A DNA stretch of 64,000 bases, taken from positions 24,776 to 88,775 of the IMG/VR virus record IMGVR_UViG_3300042448_001704; one strand, written 5' to 3'. Positions 10,867-21,389 of this stretch are shown one piece after another. Each line of letters starts with the position of its first letter. Within the stretch, counting starts at the first letter, position 1. This DNA comes from a virus. Position numbers and translations under genes: made by a program. The notes beneath the pieces are model-generated. The model worked only from the letters and a program-made list of their open reading frames with translations, was not told where the DNA came from and searched no databases.

Positions 10867-11220
10867 ATGATTGCTGGAATTTATAATATAACTTGCGAAC
10901 AGGGTGCTACATTTACACGAACTTTCACAATAACTGACCCAGATGGTGACATTGTTAACTTAACTGGTTACACAGGCCGTATGCAGGTTCGTAGAGATAT
11001 TGACTCTACAGCGACACCACTAGTAGAACTGACTACAGCTAATGGAAGACTTGTAATAGTTCCATTGTTGGGTGAAATAACCATCACCTTGACGCCACAA
11101 TTAACAGCACCAATTACACGTGATGGTGTCTATGACCTTGAAATAGTTAACACAAGTTCTGGGGTTGTTTACCGCGTACTAAAAGGTTCATTTAAGATTG
11201 ACAAAGAGGTCACTCGATGA
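10867..11220 (+). CDS. Virion structural protein (LtfC/BppU-like Ig-fold adaptor)
   Basis: EQGATF...NLTGYTGRMQVR...YDLEI...G motif common in fibre modules. Confidence 0.7.
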   Translation: MIAGIYNITCEQGATFTRTFTITDPDGDIVNLTGYTGRMQVRRDIDSTATPLVELTTANGRLVIVPLLGEITITLTPQLTAPITRDGVYDLEIVNTSSGVVYRVLKGSFKIDKEVTR

Positions 11221-11396
11221 CTCTTCCTCTTGACCCCGCTTTTGATGTAACCGTAGAGGAACTGCGGAATACGGTAATAGTTGATCAGGCTGCTCCAAAT
11301 AACGTAACTGTTCAAGTCAACACAAAACTTAAATCCGGATCTGTTGCCATAGGCTACGGTTCGGGTGCGCCCTGGACGATAGTAGTGGACATCTAA
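11217..11396 (+). CDS. Hypothetical 59 aa protein (not in ORF track)
   Basis: MTLPLDPAFDV...GYGSGAPWTIVVDI*; ATGA overlap with upstream gene; GAGG RBS. Confidence 0.6.
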   Translation: MTLPLDPAFDVTVEELRNTVIVDQAAPNNVTVQVNTKLKSGSVAIGYGSGAPWTIVVDI

Positions 11397-11732
11397 ATGC
11401 CAAACATTGCAAGCGATTACGGCGACATTGGTGATTACTACATAGATGTTGACAGTGGAGACTTTTACGGTCCCAAAACAGCAGACGGATGGCCTGACAC
11501 TCCGTTCTTTACGGCTGTTACAACAGATACTCAGCAAAACGAGCGACACGTTCACACACAAAGCACATCAAGTACCATATGGACAATAAATCATAGCCTT
11601 GGAGGTCGTCCGTCGGTTACCGTAGTTGATTCTTCTGATACTATGGTAATTGGTGAGGTAACATATGTGAACAGCACACAAGTACGTGTTTCTTTCTCAG
11701 CAGCATTCTCCGGAAAAGCATATCTCACATAG
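11397..11732 (+). CDS. Fibre-associated structural protein
   Basis: GDYYID...FYGPK and WTINHSLG..PSVTVVD...FSGKAYL motifs. Confidence 0.7.
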   Translation: MPNIASDYGDIGDYYIDVDSGDFYGPKTADGWPDTPFFTAVTTDTQQNERHVHTQSTSSTIWTINHSLGGRPSVTVVDSSDTMVIGEVTYVNSTQVRVSFSAAFSGKAYLT

Positions 11733-11742
11733 GTGGCATTAA

Positions 11743-13047
11743 ATGGCAACAAAATTTTTAACAAACCTTGACCTTAATCAAAACCAACTACTTAACGCCA
11801 CGTTTGAAGTATTGGCCACCGACCCTAGTTCTGGCAACTTTGAGGGCAGGTTAATCTACAACTCAACAACTGACACGATTAAGGTTTATGCCAATAGTGC
11901 TTGGCGCTCACTTCCTCATTCAATCGTTTCTGGTGGCGGAGCCGGAATCGCTGAAGCACTTACCGTTTCTGAGTCAAACGGTACAGTTACCCTCACTCTC
12001 AATGTTGCAGATACCGACAGTGCTGGTTTGCTTCCAGCTGCAATGTGGAACATGCTTACGGACGCAACTCCTGATGCAACTGCTTCTAAATTGGTCAAAA
12101 GAGATGGAAATGGTAATGCCAAAGTTGCCACCCCGACAGATGCGGCACATATTGCTACCAAGGGTTATGTTGACGCTGCCCGCCAGGGTCTTGATGTCAA
12201 GGCTTCAGTAAGAGCTGCCACCACTGGAGCAATTAACCTTTCAACCGATCTTCAAAACGGCGATGTACTTGACGGGGTAACACTCGTTACTGGAGACCGC
12301 GTTCTTGTCAAGAATCAAGGTTCTGCTTCCGAAAACGGTATTTATGTTGTCGTTGCTTCTGGCGCAGCTTCTAGATCATCAGACGCAAACGGAACAGCCG
12401 ATACTGGTGAGCTTACAAGTGGAACCTTCACTTTCGTAGAAGAAGGAACTGTCAACTTTGATTCTGGTTTCGTGGTTTCAACCAATGGAACAATCACTGT
12501 TGGTACAACAGGCATTGTTTGGACACAGTTCTCTGGTGCTGGTTCATTTGAAGCTGGCGACGGACTCTCAAAGTCTGGTACGACAGTAAATGTCAATGTC
12601 ACCGCCAACAGAACAGCAATTACCGCTGATGCGATTGATATTGCATCAACATATGTGGGTCAGTCTTCAATCACGACCCTTGGAACAATCACCACTGGTG
12701 TTTGGAACGGTACAGATGTTGCGGTCGCAGACGGTGGTTCTGGTGCATCCAACGCCTCAGACGCCCGTACAAATCTTGGATTTACAACAACCTCTGGTCA
12801 AACAACTTCTACCGCAGTTCTTGCTCGCGTCGTTAATCAGCAATGTGCGGCTTCAGTTGGTACAACCTCAGTAACAACAGTTACACACAACTTTGGTACT
12901 AAAAATGTCGCTGTGCAGATTTACGAAGTTTCTTCTGGTGCAACCGTCATTGGCGATGTTGTTAGAAGCACAGATGATTCGGTGACCGTAACAATGAACG
13001 GTTCTTCAATATTGTTAAACGATTACAAAATTGTTGTAACAGGATAG
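11743..13047 (+). CDS. Tail fibre/structural protein
   Basis: ATKGYVD, GDRVLVKNQ...ENGIY, THNFGT motifs. Confidence 0.75.
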   Translation: MATKFLTNLDLNQNQLLNATFEVLATDPSSGNFEGRLIYNSTTDTIKVYANSAWRSLPHSIVSGGGAGIAEALTVSESNGTVTLTLNVADTDSAGLLPAAMWNMLTDATPDATASKLVKRDGNGNAKVATPTDAAHIATKGYVDAARQGLDVKASVRAATTGAINLSTDLQNGDVLDGVTLVTGDRVLVKNQGSASENGIYVVVASGAASRSSDANGTADTGELTSGTFTFVEEGTVNFDSGFVVSTNGTITVGTTGIVWTQFSGAGSFEAGDGLSKSGTTVNVNVTANRTAITADAIDIASTYVGQSSITTLGTITTGVWNGTDVAVADGGSGASNASDARTNLGFTTTSGQTTSTAVLARVVNQQCAASVGTTSVTTVTHNFGTKNVAVQIYEVSSGATVIGDVVRSTDDSVTVTMNGSSILLNDYKIVVTG

Positions 13048-13053
13048 GAAAAT

Positions 13054-13242
13054 ATGAAAATCACAGCAGAACAAAAAGCAATGGCAGCATCGTACGCAAG
13101 AAGCGTCCTTGGTGCAGCAGTCGCAGTTTACGCTTCAACAGGAGATATCAAGATGGCGGCAAATGCTCTCTGGGCAGCAGGCCTTCCTGTTATCATGCGT
13201 TATCTGAATCCAAACGACAAAGCATTCGGCAAAAAGGCTTAA
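13054..13242 (+). CDS. Holin-like small membrane protein
   Basis: Two hydrophobic segments, LNPNDKAFG and basic C-terminus. Confidence 0.6.
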   Translation: MKITAEQKAMAASYARSVLGAAVAVYASTGDIKMAANALWAAGLPVIMRYLNPNDKAFGKKA

Positions 13243-13285
13243 TGCCTTGCCCTGAGGGGCATTAACAAAGAAAGCGATTGAGGTC

Positions 13286-13735
13286 GTGGCACAGAAATTT
13301 ACAGTTCCCGTAACTATACGCAACCTAACTTCTGCCAGCTCCGAAGCTTTCACAATATACGTTGACCAAGATGCTCATCCACGCCTACAAGTTCAGGCTG
13401 GTGGTCGTCTTGTTTGGGGTACTGGTGGGGTAACTGGAGATGTGAACCTTTACCGTTCTGATACAAACATACTGACAACAGATGATTTGTTTAAAGCAGC
13501 TTCCGGTCTTGTCACGCTTACTACTGCGGGCCCACCGACAGCATCTCTTCCTGACGGTGCTCTTGCTGTTGACTCGCTTAATGATGATTTTTACTTTCGC
13601 TCTGGTGGCGAATGGAAACTTACTAGTGGTGGATCAATATCGGGAGACATTGATGGCGGAAACACGCTTAATGATATTCTTGAGGCAGAAGTTTCAAATT
13701 ATGCGATAATTACATTTGACGGAGAAGAACTATAA
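13286..13735 (+). CDS. Fibre-associated structural protein
   Basis: GAGG RBS, GTG start; IDGG motif; located in fibre cluster. Confidence 0.6.
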   Translation: MAQKFTVPVTIRNLTSASSEAFTIYVDQDAHPRLQVQAGGRLVWGTGGVTGDVNLYRSDTNILTTDDLFKAASGLVTLTTAGPPTASLPDGALAVDSLNDDFYFRSGGEWKLTSGGSISGDIDGGNTLNDILEAEVSNYAIITFDGEEL

Positions 13736-16700
13736 TGGCTGGTGCAAGAATACAATTAAAGCGCGGTTTAGCGGCGCAGTGGACTGCATCTACTACAGTT
13801 TTACTTTCTGGTGAAATTGGATACGAGACAGACACCGACAAGTTCAAAATTGGTAACGGCACATCCCTGTGGACATCTCTTCCGTATTTCAACGGGAACT
13901 TAACTGGGTCAAACCTTAACGATCTTGCTGATGTAACTATTACTTCTGCTGCCAATGGTGACTTCCTTCGTTGGAATGGTACGGCATGGATTAACGACGC
14001 TGTAAACCTTTCAACAGACACTGTTGGGGATTATGTTGGTTCTCTTGTTGCTGGAACCGGTGTCACTCTTGCAAATAACTCTGGTGAAGGCGCAACACCT
14101 ACTGTCACCGTTGATACATCGGTAATTCAAGCAAGGGTTGCAAATGTAACAGACACAGAAATCGGCTACCTTGATGGTGTCACCTCTGCCATTCAAACAC
14201 AGTTGGATACCAAATCACCTACTAACTCACCGACATTCACAGGGACAGTAACCCTTCCAGATAACACTGTTGCTCTTGGAACCAAAACAAGCGGAGACTA
14301 TGTTGCATCTTTGGTTGCTGGAACAGGTGTAACGCTCACCAATAACTCAGGTGAAACAGCAACACCAACTGTTGCAATTGGACAGGCAGTAGCCACAAAT
14401 AGCAATGTTACTTTTAATGACGTAATTGTTTCTGGAAACTTGACTGTTAGTGGATATACAACATCAATAAATACTGAAATACTTACCGTTGATGACAATG
14501 TTATTATTCTTAATAATAATGTAACTACTGCGCCAACAGAAAACGCTGGAATTGAAATTGAGCGCGGAACATCACCAAATGTTCGTGTTCTCTGGAATGA
14601 AACAACCGACAAATGGGAAACAACTAACGACGGAACCACTTATGGAAACATAGTTACAACTGCGGATTCTGGCACTGTCACTAGCGCAATGATTACTGAC
14701 GGAACCATAGTCAATGGCGATATTAACGCTTCTGCGGCAATCGCTCTTTCAAAACTCGCTTCTGGAACATCCGCACAAGTCGTTGTTGCTGACGCTTCAG
14801 GTGTTCCAACCTACGCAACTCTTACTGGAGATGTCACCATTTCCAATACTGGAGTTACCACAATTACGGCCAACTCAGTTTCTCTTGGAACAGACACAAC
14901 GGGTGACTATGTTCAAAACCTCGTTGCTGGAACTGGAGTTACCTTAACTAACAATACTGGTGAAAGTGCTACACCTACAGTTGCAATCGGGCAATCTATA
15001 GGAACTGGCGACTCTCCGACATTTACTGGTCTTACCATCAATGGTGCGAGCGTTGTCTTTGAGGGTGCAACGGCAAACGATTTTGAAACGACTCTTGCCG
15101 TCACTGATCCAACTGCCGACAGAACAATCACTTTTCCTGACGCAACAACAACGGTTGTTGGAACAGACACAACTCAGACCCTTTCTAATAAAACTCTTAC
15201 TACTCCTGTAATCAATGGACCGACAATTACGGCAACTGGTCAAACACCAGTTATTCACGGTATTTTGCTTCCAGCAACACATAACATCATTTTTGAGGGA
15301 ACAACAGATGATGATTTTGAAACAACGCTGTATGTCGTAGAACCAACTGCCGACAGAACCGTAAGCCTCCCTGATGCGACGACCACCCTCGTTGGCAAGG
15401 ACACAACAGATACTCTTACCAATAAAACACTGACATCTCCTAAAATTAATGAGGATGTTGCCCTTACTGCATCTGCTACCGAGTTAAACATTCTTGACGG
15501 TGCGACTCTTTCAACCACGGAACTTAACTATGTAGACGGTGTAACAAGCGCAATTCAGACACAAATGGATTTGAAATCACCACTTGCGAGTCCAACATTT
15601 ACAGGAACAGTAACCGTTCCCGACAATACTATTGCTCTTGGAACTAAAACAACTGGAGACTATGTAGCAACAATAACTGGCGGAACTGGTGTTAGTTCAA
15701 CAGCCGCAACAACTGGTGAGGGAACAACCCACACGCTGTCTATCGGTCAAGCAATCGCAACAACAGATTCACCAACCTTTGCAGGACTCACCGTCAATGG
15801 AGCAAGCGTTGTATTTGAAGGCGTAACAGCAAACGATTTTGAAACAACCCTTACTGTCACCGACCCAACAGCGGATAGAACAATCACAATCCCCGACGCG
15901 ACCGGCACAGTTGCCCTTACCTCGGATGTTACGACTCACGCAAACCTGACGGAAGCACATGGTGCAACTGGTGCAGTAGTTGGGACAACGAACACTCAAA
16001 CACTTACTAATAAAACGCTGACATCACCAAAAATTAACGAAGACGTTGCATTGACTTCTACGGCAACAGAACTAAACGTTCTTGATGGTATTACTTCATC
16101 AACAGCAGAACTGAATATTCTTGATGGTGTCACAGCAACCGCTGCAGAACTGAATATTCTTGACGGCGTGACCGCCACTGCGGCAGAGATTAACACTCTT
16201 GACGGAATTACTTCTTCTGTATCAGAACTAAACATTCTTGATGGTGTTACTTCCTCTGCTGCGGAACTAAATATTCTTGATGGGGCTACTCTTACTACTA
16301 CAGAACTTAATTACGTAGATGGTGTAACAAGTGCGATTCAGACACAGATTGACGCGAAAGCACCAACCGCAAGTCCAACTTTTACTGGCACAGTCACACT
16401 TGCCGCAGATCCAGCATCAGCATTACAAGCAGCAACAAAACAGTATGTTGACAATGTTGTTTCTGGAGTAAACTTTCATGCATCAGTAGTTGCAGCAACA
16501 TCTGGCAATCTCGCTGGAACATACAGCAATGGAACCAGCGGTGTAGGCGCAACGCTAACAAAAGCAACAAATGGTGCAATTGGAACTATTGACGGTGCAA
16601 CAGTAGTTGTTGGAAACAGAATTCTTCTCAAGTCGCAGACTGATGCTAAAGAAAACGGTATCTATATCGTTACCGCAGTTGGCAGCGTCAGTGCCCCTTG

Positions 16701-17535
16701 GGTAGTAACCAGAGCAACAGATGCTGATAACAATCCATCAGGCGAATTGGCTAATGGCGACTTCTGCTTCGTAACTGGTGGCTCAACTAATGGTGGATAC
16801 GGATACATCAATAGTTCTTCTGCAAATCCAATTGTTATTGGAACTGACGATGTTACGTACGCAGTATTTAACGCAGCTCAAATTGTAACTGGCGGTGCTG
16901 GTCTTGCTTTTACTGGAAATGTTCTTGATATCGGCACTGCATCAGTTAGCAGAATTGTTGTCAATGCTAACGACATCGATCTTGCTTCTGGTATTGCGAC
17001 AATCGGAACCTATCAATCAGTAACTGTAGATACATATGGCCGAGTAACTGCTGGAACAAACCCAACAACGCTTTCTGGATACGGCATCACTGACGCAGCG
17101 CCAATCAATAACGCATCATTTACGGGAACATTCTCTGCTCCTTCTGGAACTATCACTAGCACGATGATTACGGATGGCACAATCGTCAATGGTGACATCA
17201 GTACTTCAGCCGCAATTGCTCTATCAAAACTTGCTTCAGGAACGTCTGCTCAAGTAATTGTTGCCAGCAGTGCTGGTGTCCCAACATATGTAACACTTTC
17301 TGGCGATGTCACCATCTCGGATACGGGTGTTGCCACAATTCAAGCCGACTCAGTAGCTTTAGGGACAGACACAACAGGTTCGTATGTAACATCCCTTGTT
17401 GCAGGAACTGGTATAACATTAACCAACAACTCTGGAGAAAGCGCCACTCCGACAGTTGCTGTAACGGCAAACACTTATGACGCATATGGTTCCGCACGGA
17501 ATCTTGAAATTAAATTCCTTATGGAGGTTATGTAA
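13735..17535 (+). CDS. Long tail fibre with Mtd/hyaluronidase-like N-terminal domain
   Basis: RIQLKRG..W...GEIGYETDTDKFKIGNG..W..LPY N-terminus; many internal repeats (DPTADRTIT, QTLTNKTLTSP, ELNILDG). Confidence 0.8.
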   Translation: MAGARIQLKRGLAAQWTASTTVLLSGEIGYETDTDKFKIGNGTSLWTSLPYFNGNLTGSNLNDLADVTITSAANGDFLRWNGTAWINDAVNLSTDTVGDYVGSLVAGTGVTLANNSGEGATPTVTVDTSVIQARVANVTDTEIGYLDGVTSAIQTQLDTKSPTNSPTFTGTVTLPDNTVALGTKTSGDYVASLVAGTGVTLTNNSGETATPTVAIGQAVATNSNVTFNDVIVSGNLTVSGYTTSINTEILTVDDNVIILNNNVTTAPTENAGIEIERGTSPNVRVLWNETTDKWETTNDGTTYGNIVTTADSGTVTSAMITDGTIVNGDINASAAIALSKLASGTSAQVVVADASGVPTYATLTGDVTISNTGVTTITANSVSLGTDTTGDYVQNLVAGTGVTLTNNTGESATPTVAIGQSIGTGDSPTFTGLTINGASVVFEGATANDFETTLAVTDPTADRTITFPDATTTVVGTDTTQTLSNKTLTTPVINGPTITATGQTPVIHGILLPATHNIIFEGTTDDDFETTLYVVEPTADRTVSLPDATTTLVGKDTTDTLTNKTLTSPKINEDVALTASATELNILDGATLSTTELNYVDGVTSAIQTQMDLKSPLASPTFTGTVTVPDNTIALGTKTTGDYVATITGGTGVSSTAATTGEGTTHTLSIGQAIATTDSPTFAGLTVNGASVVFEGVTANDFETTLTVTDPTADRTITIPDATGTVALTSDVTTHANLTEAHGATGAVVGTTNTQTLTNKTLTSPKINEDVALTSTATELNVLDGITSSTAELNILDGVTATAAELNILDGVTATAAEINTLDGITSSVSELNILDGVTSSAAELNILDGATLTTTELNYVDGVTSAIQTQIDAKAPTASPTFTGTVTLAADPASALQAATKQYVDNVVSGVNFHASVVAATSGNLAGTYSNGTSGVGATLTKATNGAIGTIDGATVVVGNRILLKSQTDAKENGIYIVTAVGSVSAPWVVTRATDADNNPSGELANGDFCFVTGGSTNGGYGYINSSSANPIVIGTDDVTYAVFNAAQIVTGGAGLAFTGNVLDIGTASVSRIVVNANDIDLASGIATIGTYQSVTVDTYGRVTAGTNPTTLSGYGITDAAPINNASFTGTFSAPSGTITSTMITDGTIVNGDISTSAAIALSKLASGTSAQVIVASSAGVPTYVTLSGDVTISDTGVATIQADSVALGTDTTGSYVTSLVAGTGITLTNNSGESATPTVAVTANTYDAYGSARNLEIKFLMEVM
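16057..16335 (+). repeat. Tandem 39-nt (13 aa) coding repeats, T(A/S)xxxELNILDGx, about 7 copies
   Basis: Seen directly in the translation of the long fibre. Confidence 0.8.
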
Positions 17536-17894
17536 TGGCATTGACACAAAAGCGACTTGCTGGTCCCGCGCAGTTAACGGCATCTTCTGCTGTTTACTAC
17601 ACGGTTCCAGTCAGCACAACGACAATTGTTAAACAGATTATTTTGACAAACACAACAGCATCGGCCAAAACCGTAACCGTACGCCTGAAGCCATTGGGTG
17701 TTACTGAAGCAGCAACCCACGACATCGTTAGCGCAATGTCCCTTGCAGCAAATGAAACCATGTCCTTTAACTGTTCATTAGTTTTAAACAACAACGGATC
17801 AACAGCAAGTGCTACGAATAGTGATCAATTGACTGCTCTTTGCAGTTCTGCTACTTCTGTTAATATAACCGTGGTTGGTGTAGAAGAGGCATAA
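17535..17894 (+). CDS. Small fibre-associated beta protein
   Basis: YTVP..TTTIVKQIILTN motif; coupled start. Confidence 0.65.
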   Translation: MALTQKRLAGPAQLTASSAVYYTVPVSTTTIVKQIILTNTTASAKTVTVRLKPLGVTEAATHDIVSAMSLAANETMSFNCSLVLNNNGSTASATNSDQLTALCSSATSVNITVVGVEEA

Positions 17895-18604
17895 TGGCTG
17901 GAATGGTTCGCTACCCTGCGGCTAACGCAATGGCGTCATTTATTGATGCTCCAGATCCTGTTTATGGAACAGGGTCTGATGGTGATGCAACCCTTGATGG
18001 AACTACAACCGTTTTGAGCATGGCACCGTCGTCTAGTGTTTATTCAATGACGCAAGATTTGTATTTTAATAACTTGATAATCAATGCTGGCGTTACATTA
18101 AAACCAAACGGTTACAGAATATTTGTAAAGAATTTATTAACTTTTGGTGGAAACAACTCAACAATTGGTTTCACGACTGGATACGCAACTAGCGGATCAA
18201 TCTTTCAAGGCGGAGCCGCCGCCACTGCTGTCACGCACAGTCTTGGTGGATCAGCAACTGGTTTTACGGCAACTGCACCAACCGCGGGTACTGGCGGTAG
18301 CGCATACTACACAATTCCACGACAAGCAGTTCAGGGATACTCTATAACAGCGTCAGGAGGCCCTACATGGCTTCGTGGGGGTGCTGGTGGCACTGCGCAG
18401 GCTGGTGGGGCTGTAATCATCCTTGCAGCTCGTTACATTGCGGCTCCACCTTCAGGGACTGGATACATTAAAGCTCCAGGTACAGCACCTGCGGGTGGTG
18501 GAGTTATTTTAATTGTTTCATCTGCAGCCACTTTACCTGCTGGCGTCTCTACAGATGTAACAGGTCAAAACGCTGGAACAGTGAATTACATGCAGTTGGT
18601 GTAA
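17894..18604 (+). CDS. Gly-rich fibre/adhesin-like protein
   Basis: YGTGSDGD...NGYRIFVK; GGA/GGG runs; N-terminus paralogous to the next gene. Confidence 0.65.
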   Translation: MAGMVRYPAANAMASFIDAPDPVYGTGSDGDATLDGTTTVLSMAPSSSVYSMTQDLYFNNLIINAGVTLKPNGYRIFVKNLLTFGGNNSTIGFTTGYATSGSIFQGGAAATAVTHSLGGSATGFTATAPTAGTGGSAYYTIPRQAVQGYSITASGGPTWLRGGAGGTAQAGGAVIILAARYIAAPPSGTGYIKAPGTAPAGGGVILIVSSAATLPAGVSTDVTGQNAGTVNYMQLV

Positions 18605-18605
18605 A

Positions 18606-20027
18606 ATGGCGGGAATTCAAAAATCTGGTTCGTTAGTAAAAGTACAGCGCGCAGGAAATGATCAGCTTTATGGAAATGGCGCTGATGGTGATGTGACAAT
18701 CTCTGGAACAGTCACATTAACTAGTGACAAGAATTATAATTCTTTAACCGTCCCATTGGGAACATTTCTATACACCGCCGGCTTCAGAGTATTCGTCAAA
18801 ACGACAGCCGTCATTAACGGTGTTGTCGGTGTTGCAACAGTCACAGGAAACTCTGCTGGCGTATCCAACGGCACCATCACTAGTCCTGGATCTTTAATAT
18901 CAACAGGAACAGCACCAGGCCACACCAACTCTTCAATTACATACCGTTTAGGTGGTGAAGGCGGAGGAGCAACTGCTCCAGGGACTTCAGTTCTTCCTTC
19001 TTTTTTAATTAAAAAATTTGAGGCTTTAACTGGAACAATAATTGATGCCACATATGCGTCTACACCTATTGCGCTTGCTGGTGGTTCAAAAGGAACAACA
19101 GGGACAGTCGGAACAACCACCCCGATTGTTACGGGAACATGGCCCGGGAAGTCCGGTACCGCAGGTTCAAACGGTGGACACCCAACAAATGGCACAACTG
19201 TTGGTGCAGCAGGCGGTAAAGGTGCTACAGGCGCTGATGGAACAACAACTGGTGCCACCACTGGCGCAGGTGGTGCAGGTGGCGCTGGCGCTGCAGGTGG
19301 CGCAGTGGTTATTTTGATTGCTAAAACAATCACAGGAACCGGAACAGTTGCTTCTCTCGGGATGATTGGTACTGTTGGATCTGCTGGTGCTACAGGAAAC
19401 CCTGGAACCGCAGGCGCAGCAGGCGCGGCCGCCCCTAACTACACGGTTACTCCGCATTCAGCTTCACCAACGCATCACCATACACCGAATGGACATGTGC
19501 ATCCGCATGTGCATACACACCCACATCATACTACTCACCCACATCATTTGGTGTACCCACATCATCACGTAAACCATACGCATACGGTGCATCCGCATCA
19601 CCACTACAACACCGGTTATTCCGACATACATGACCATACCCCTGGTGGGCACCATCATGTGGGTCATCACCATACGACCTATAACCACCACCATACACCA
19701 GGTGGGCATCACCATACACCAGGTGGGCATCACCATACACCCAACGGACATGCGCATCCACATAGTCACGTACAAAGTCATTCACATCATGTTGCCAATC
19801 CAACTATTCATTATGCAGGTGGTGCAGGCGGTGCAGGCGGTGCAGCTTCTCCTGCGGTGACGGGTGGAACAGGAAAACGCGGTGGTGCAGGCGGTGGCGG
19901 ATCAATAATTGTTCTTACTGAAACGACACCATCTGGGCTAAACTATGATGTACGCTCAGGTACGACGGCAGATTCTGATACTTTTTCAGGTTCTTCTGGA
20001 ACGACCTACATACTTTTAAACGCCTAA
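18606..20027 (+). CDS. Gly-rich fibre/adhesin-like protein with poly-His insert
   Basis: YGNGADGD...AGFRVFVK; Gly-rich flanks; about 48 His in about 119 residues. Confidence 0.75.
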   Translation: MAGIQKSGSLVKVQRAGNDQLYGNGADGDVTISGTVTLTSDKNYNSLTVPLGTFLYTAGFRVFVKTTAVINGVVGVATVTGNSAGVSNGTITSPGSLISTGTAPGHTNSSITYRLGGEGGGATAPGTSVLPSFLIKKFEALTGTIIDATYASTPIALAGGSKGTTGTVGTTTPIVTGTWPGKSGTAGSNGGHPTNGTTVGAAGGKGATGADGTTTGATTGAGGAGGAGAAGGAVVILIAKTITGTGTVASLGMIGTVGSAGATGNPGTAGAAGAAAPNYTVTPHSASPTHHHTPNGHVHPHVHTHPHHTTHPHHLVYPHHHVNHTHTVHPHHHYNTGYSDIHDHTPGGHHHVGHHHTTYNHHHTPGGHHHTPGGHHHTPNGHAHPHSHVQSHSHHVANPTIHYAGGAGGAGGAASPAVTGGTGKRGGAGGGGSIIVLTETTPSGLNYDVRSGTTADSDTFSGSSGTTYILLNA

Positions 20028-20040
20028 AATTGGAGACATC

Positions 20041-20268
20041 ATGGAATTTGAACTAACGGCAGAACAAAAAATAAGTGCTTTGAATAATGTCAAAATACAA
20101 GTTATCAATGAAATGTATTCAATGATTTTGTTTCTTGGTCTTGATCCAGATACTTTTGATTCATCAACATGGGTGCACGACGACACCCCAACAGGTAATG
20201 AGGCACGACTGATTTCTCTTATTTCTACCGTTGCTATGGTTAATACAAAGATTGCTGCACTGTCATAA
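20041..20268 (+). CDS. Hypothetical protein, paralog of 30174-30413
   Basis: Shared K..AL, E(M/L)Y, G(L/I)DPD.(F/L)D and TK(I/L) pattern. Confidence 0.7.
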   Translation: MEFELTAEQKISALNNVKIQVINEMYSMILFLGLDPDTFDSSTWVHDDTPTGNEARLISLISTVAMVNTKIAALS

Positions 20269-20283
20269 TTTTAAAAGGTATAA

Positions 20284-21384
20284 ATGAGTGATATCTCAAC
20301 AATAGACACTTCCCTGTATGAATACTATTATTTAGTTGATACTCAAGAAGATTTTAAGCTATATACAAGAACGCCTAATGGTGATACAGAATTTACTGAT
20401 TATAATGTATTTTCTATAGATGAAAAATCAATATTAGCGTTTAAGAAAAATATTAAAAGGCCTTTAATAAATTATAGTTATTTTTTAAAAACAGAAGATA
20501 ATGAATATGTTATAAATTCATTAGACTATGAACAATATATAACACTTATTTCACAAAATAATTTTTATTCTAAAAGTCTTTATACAATAATGAATTTTGT
20601 TCCTGCTGAAAATCATAGAGCAGTAGTTCATAATTTAATTTTGCCATATGATACTAGATGCGATACATCAACTTTTTCTTTTATTCCGTATCAAATTTAT
20701 GATGGAGTAAAGACCACGACTAACGATCCAACAAGGTTAAATGTTTCAACAATTGAAACACATACACCACTCATGACATCTACTGGTATAAGTGCAATTT
20801 CATTAACAGTAGTATCAAATATAGAAACTTCTTTTCGTGATTGGCCAACGGTTACACGTAGTGCAAAAACAATTATGGGTGTAATGAAACTTCTAATTGA
20901 ATGGGCTTCACTGTTAGATGCCCCTTTCAATAGTTCTGATGAACTCCCGCAAGATGCAAAAAATTTTATTGATTCTTTAAAAATACCACAAGCAGTTCTT
21001 GATGAGATATCAATAACACAAGAAGATATGCCTCTTTATAGGTATTTAAAAGGCATACCCAATTCGCGTCATGGATTCATAGAACAAGAAGAATTATCGC
21101 CTCTTTTTGCTGAATGGCTTTACAAGCAAATGATGTTTAGAACCCTTAACTCAATGGCTTTAAATCATCCCGATACTCCAAATTTTCCAGAAGAAGTGCT
21201 TAACTTGGAAAAAGCAAAAATAGAAGCAATTATTTATGGTGCCTGCGTCCTGTATGGACTAGATTATGAAACAGCAACACCTGACCAAATTATCAGTTCC
21301 CTTCCTCTTGAATCCGAAATATATCAAGTAGAAACTATTAAAACCGTCAAGGATGCAATAAACAATCGCAACGCATACCTGTAG
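20284..21384 (+). CDS. Hypothetical protein, paralog of 29462-30172
   Basis: Shared RCD, EW....PFNS, DM.L.RYLKG..N.R, SP....W. Confidence 0.7.
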   Translation: MSDISTIDTSLYEYYYLVDTQEDFKLYTRTPNGDTEFTDYNVFSIDEKSILAFKKNIKRPLINYSYFLKTEDNEYVINSLDYEQYITLISQNNFYSKSLYTIMNFVPAENHRAVVHNLILPYDTRCDTSTFSFIPYQIYDGVKTTTNDPTRLNVSTIETHTPLMTSTGISAISLTVVSNIETSFRDWPTVTRSAKTIMGVMKLLIEWASLLDAPFNSSDELPQDAKNFIDSLKIPQAVLDEISITQEDMPLYRYLKGIPNSRHGFIEQEELSPLFAEWLYKQMMFRTLNSMALNHPDTPNFPEEVLNLEKAKIEAIIYGACVLYGLDYETATPDQIISSLPLESEIYQVETIKTVKDAINNRNAYL

Positions 21385-21389
21385 GAAAA

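Noticed and set aside
13735-17535. Diversity-generating retroelement suggested by the Mtd-like N-terminus
   Set aside because: No reverse transcriptase and no TR/VR pair with adenine-specific differences seen; internal repeats are ordinary fibre duplications
18734-19803. Antisense ORFs rich in Pro/Ala or Met/Val/Trp
   Set aside because: Mirror frames of the Gly-rich and His-rich sense gene
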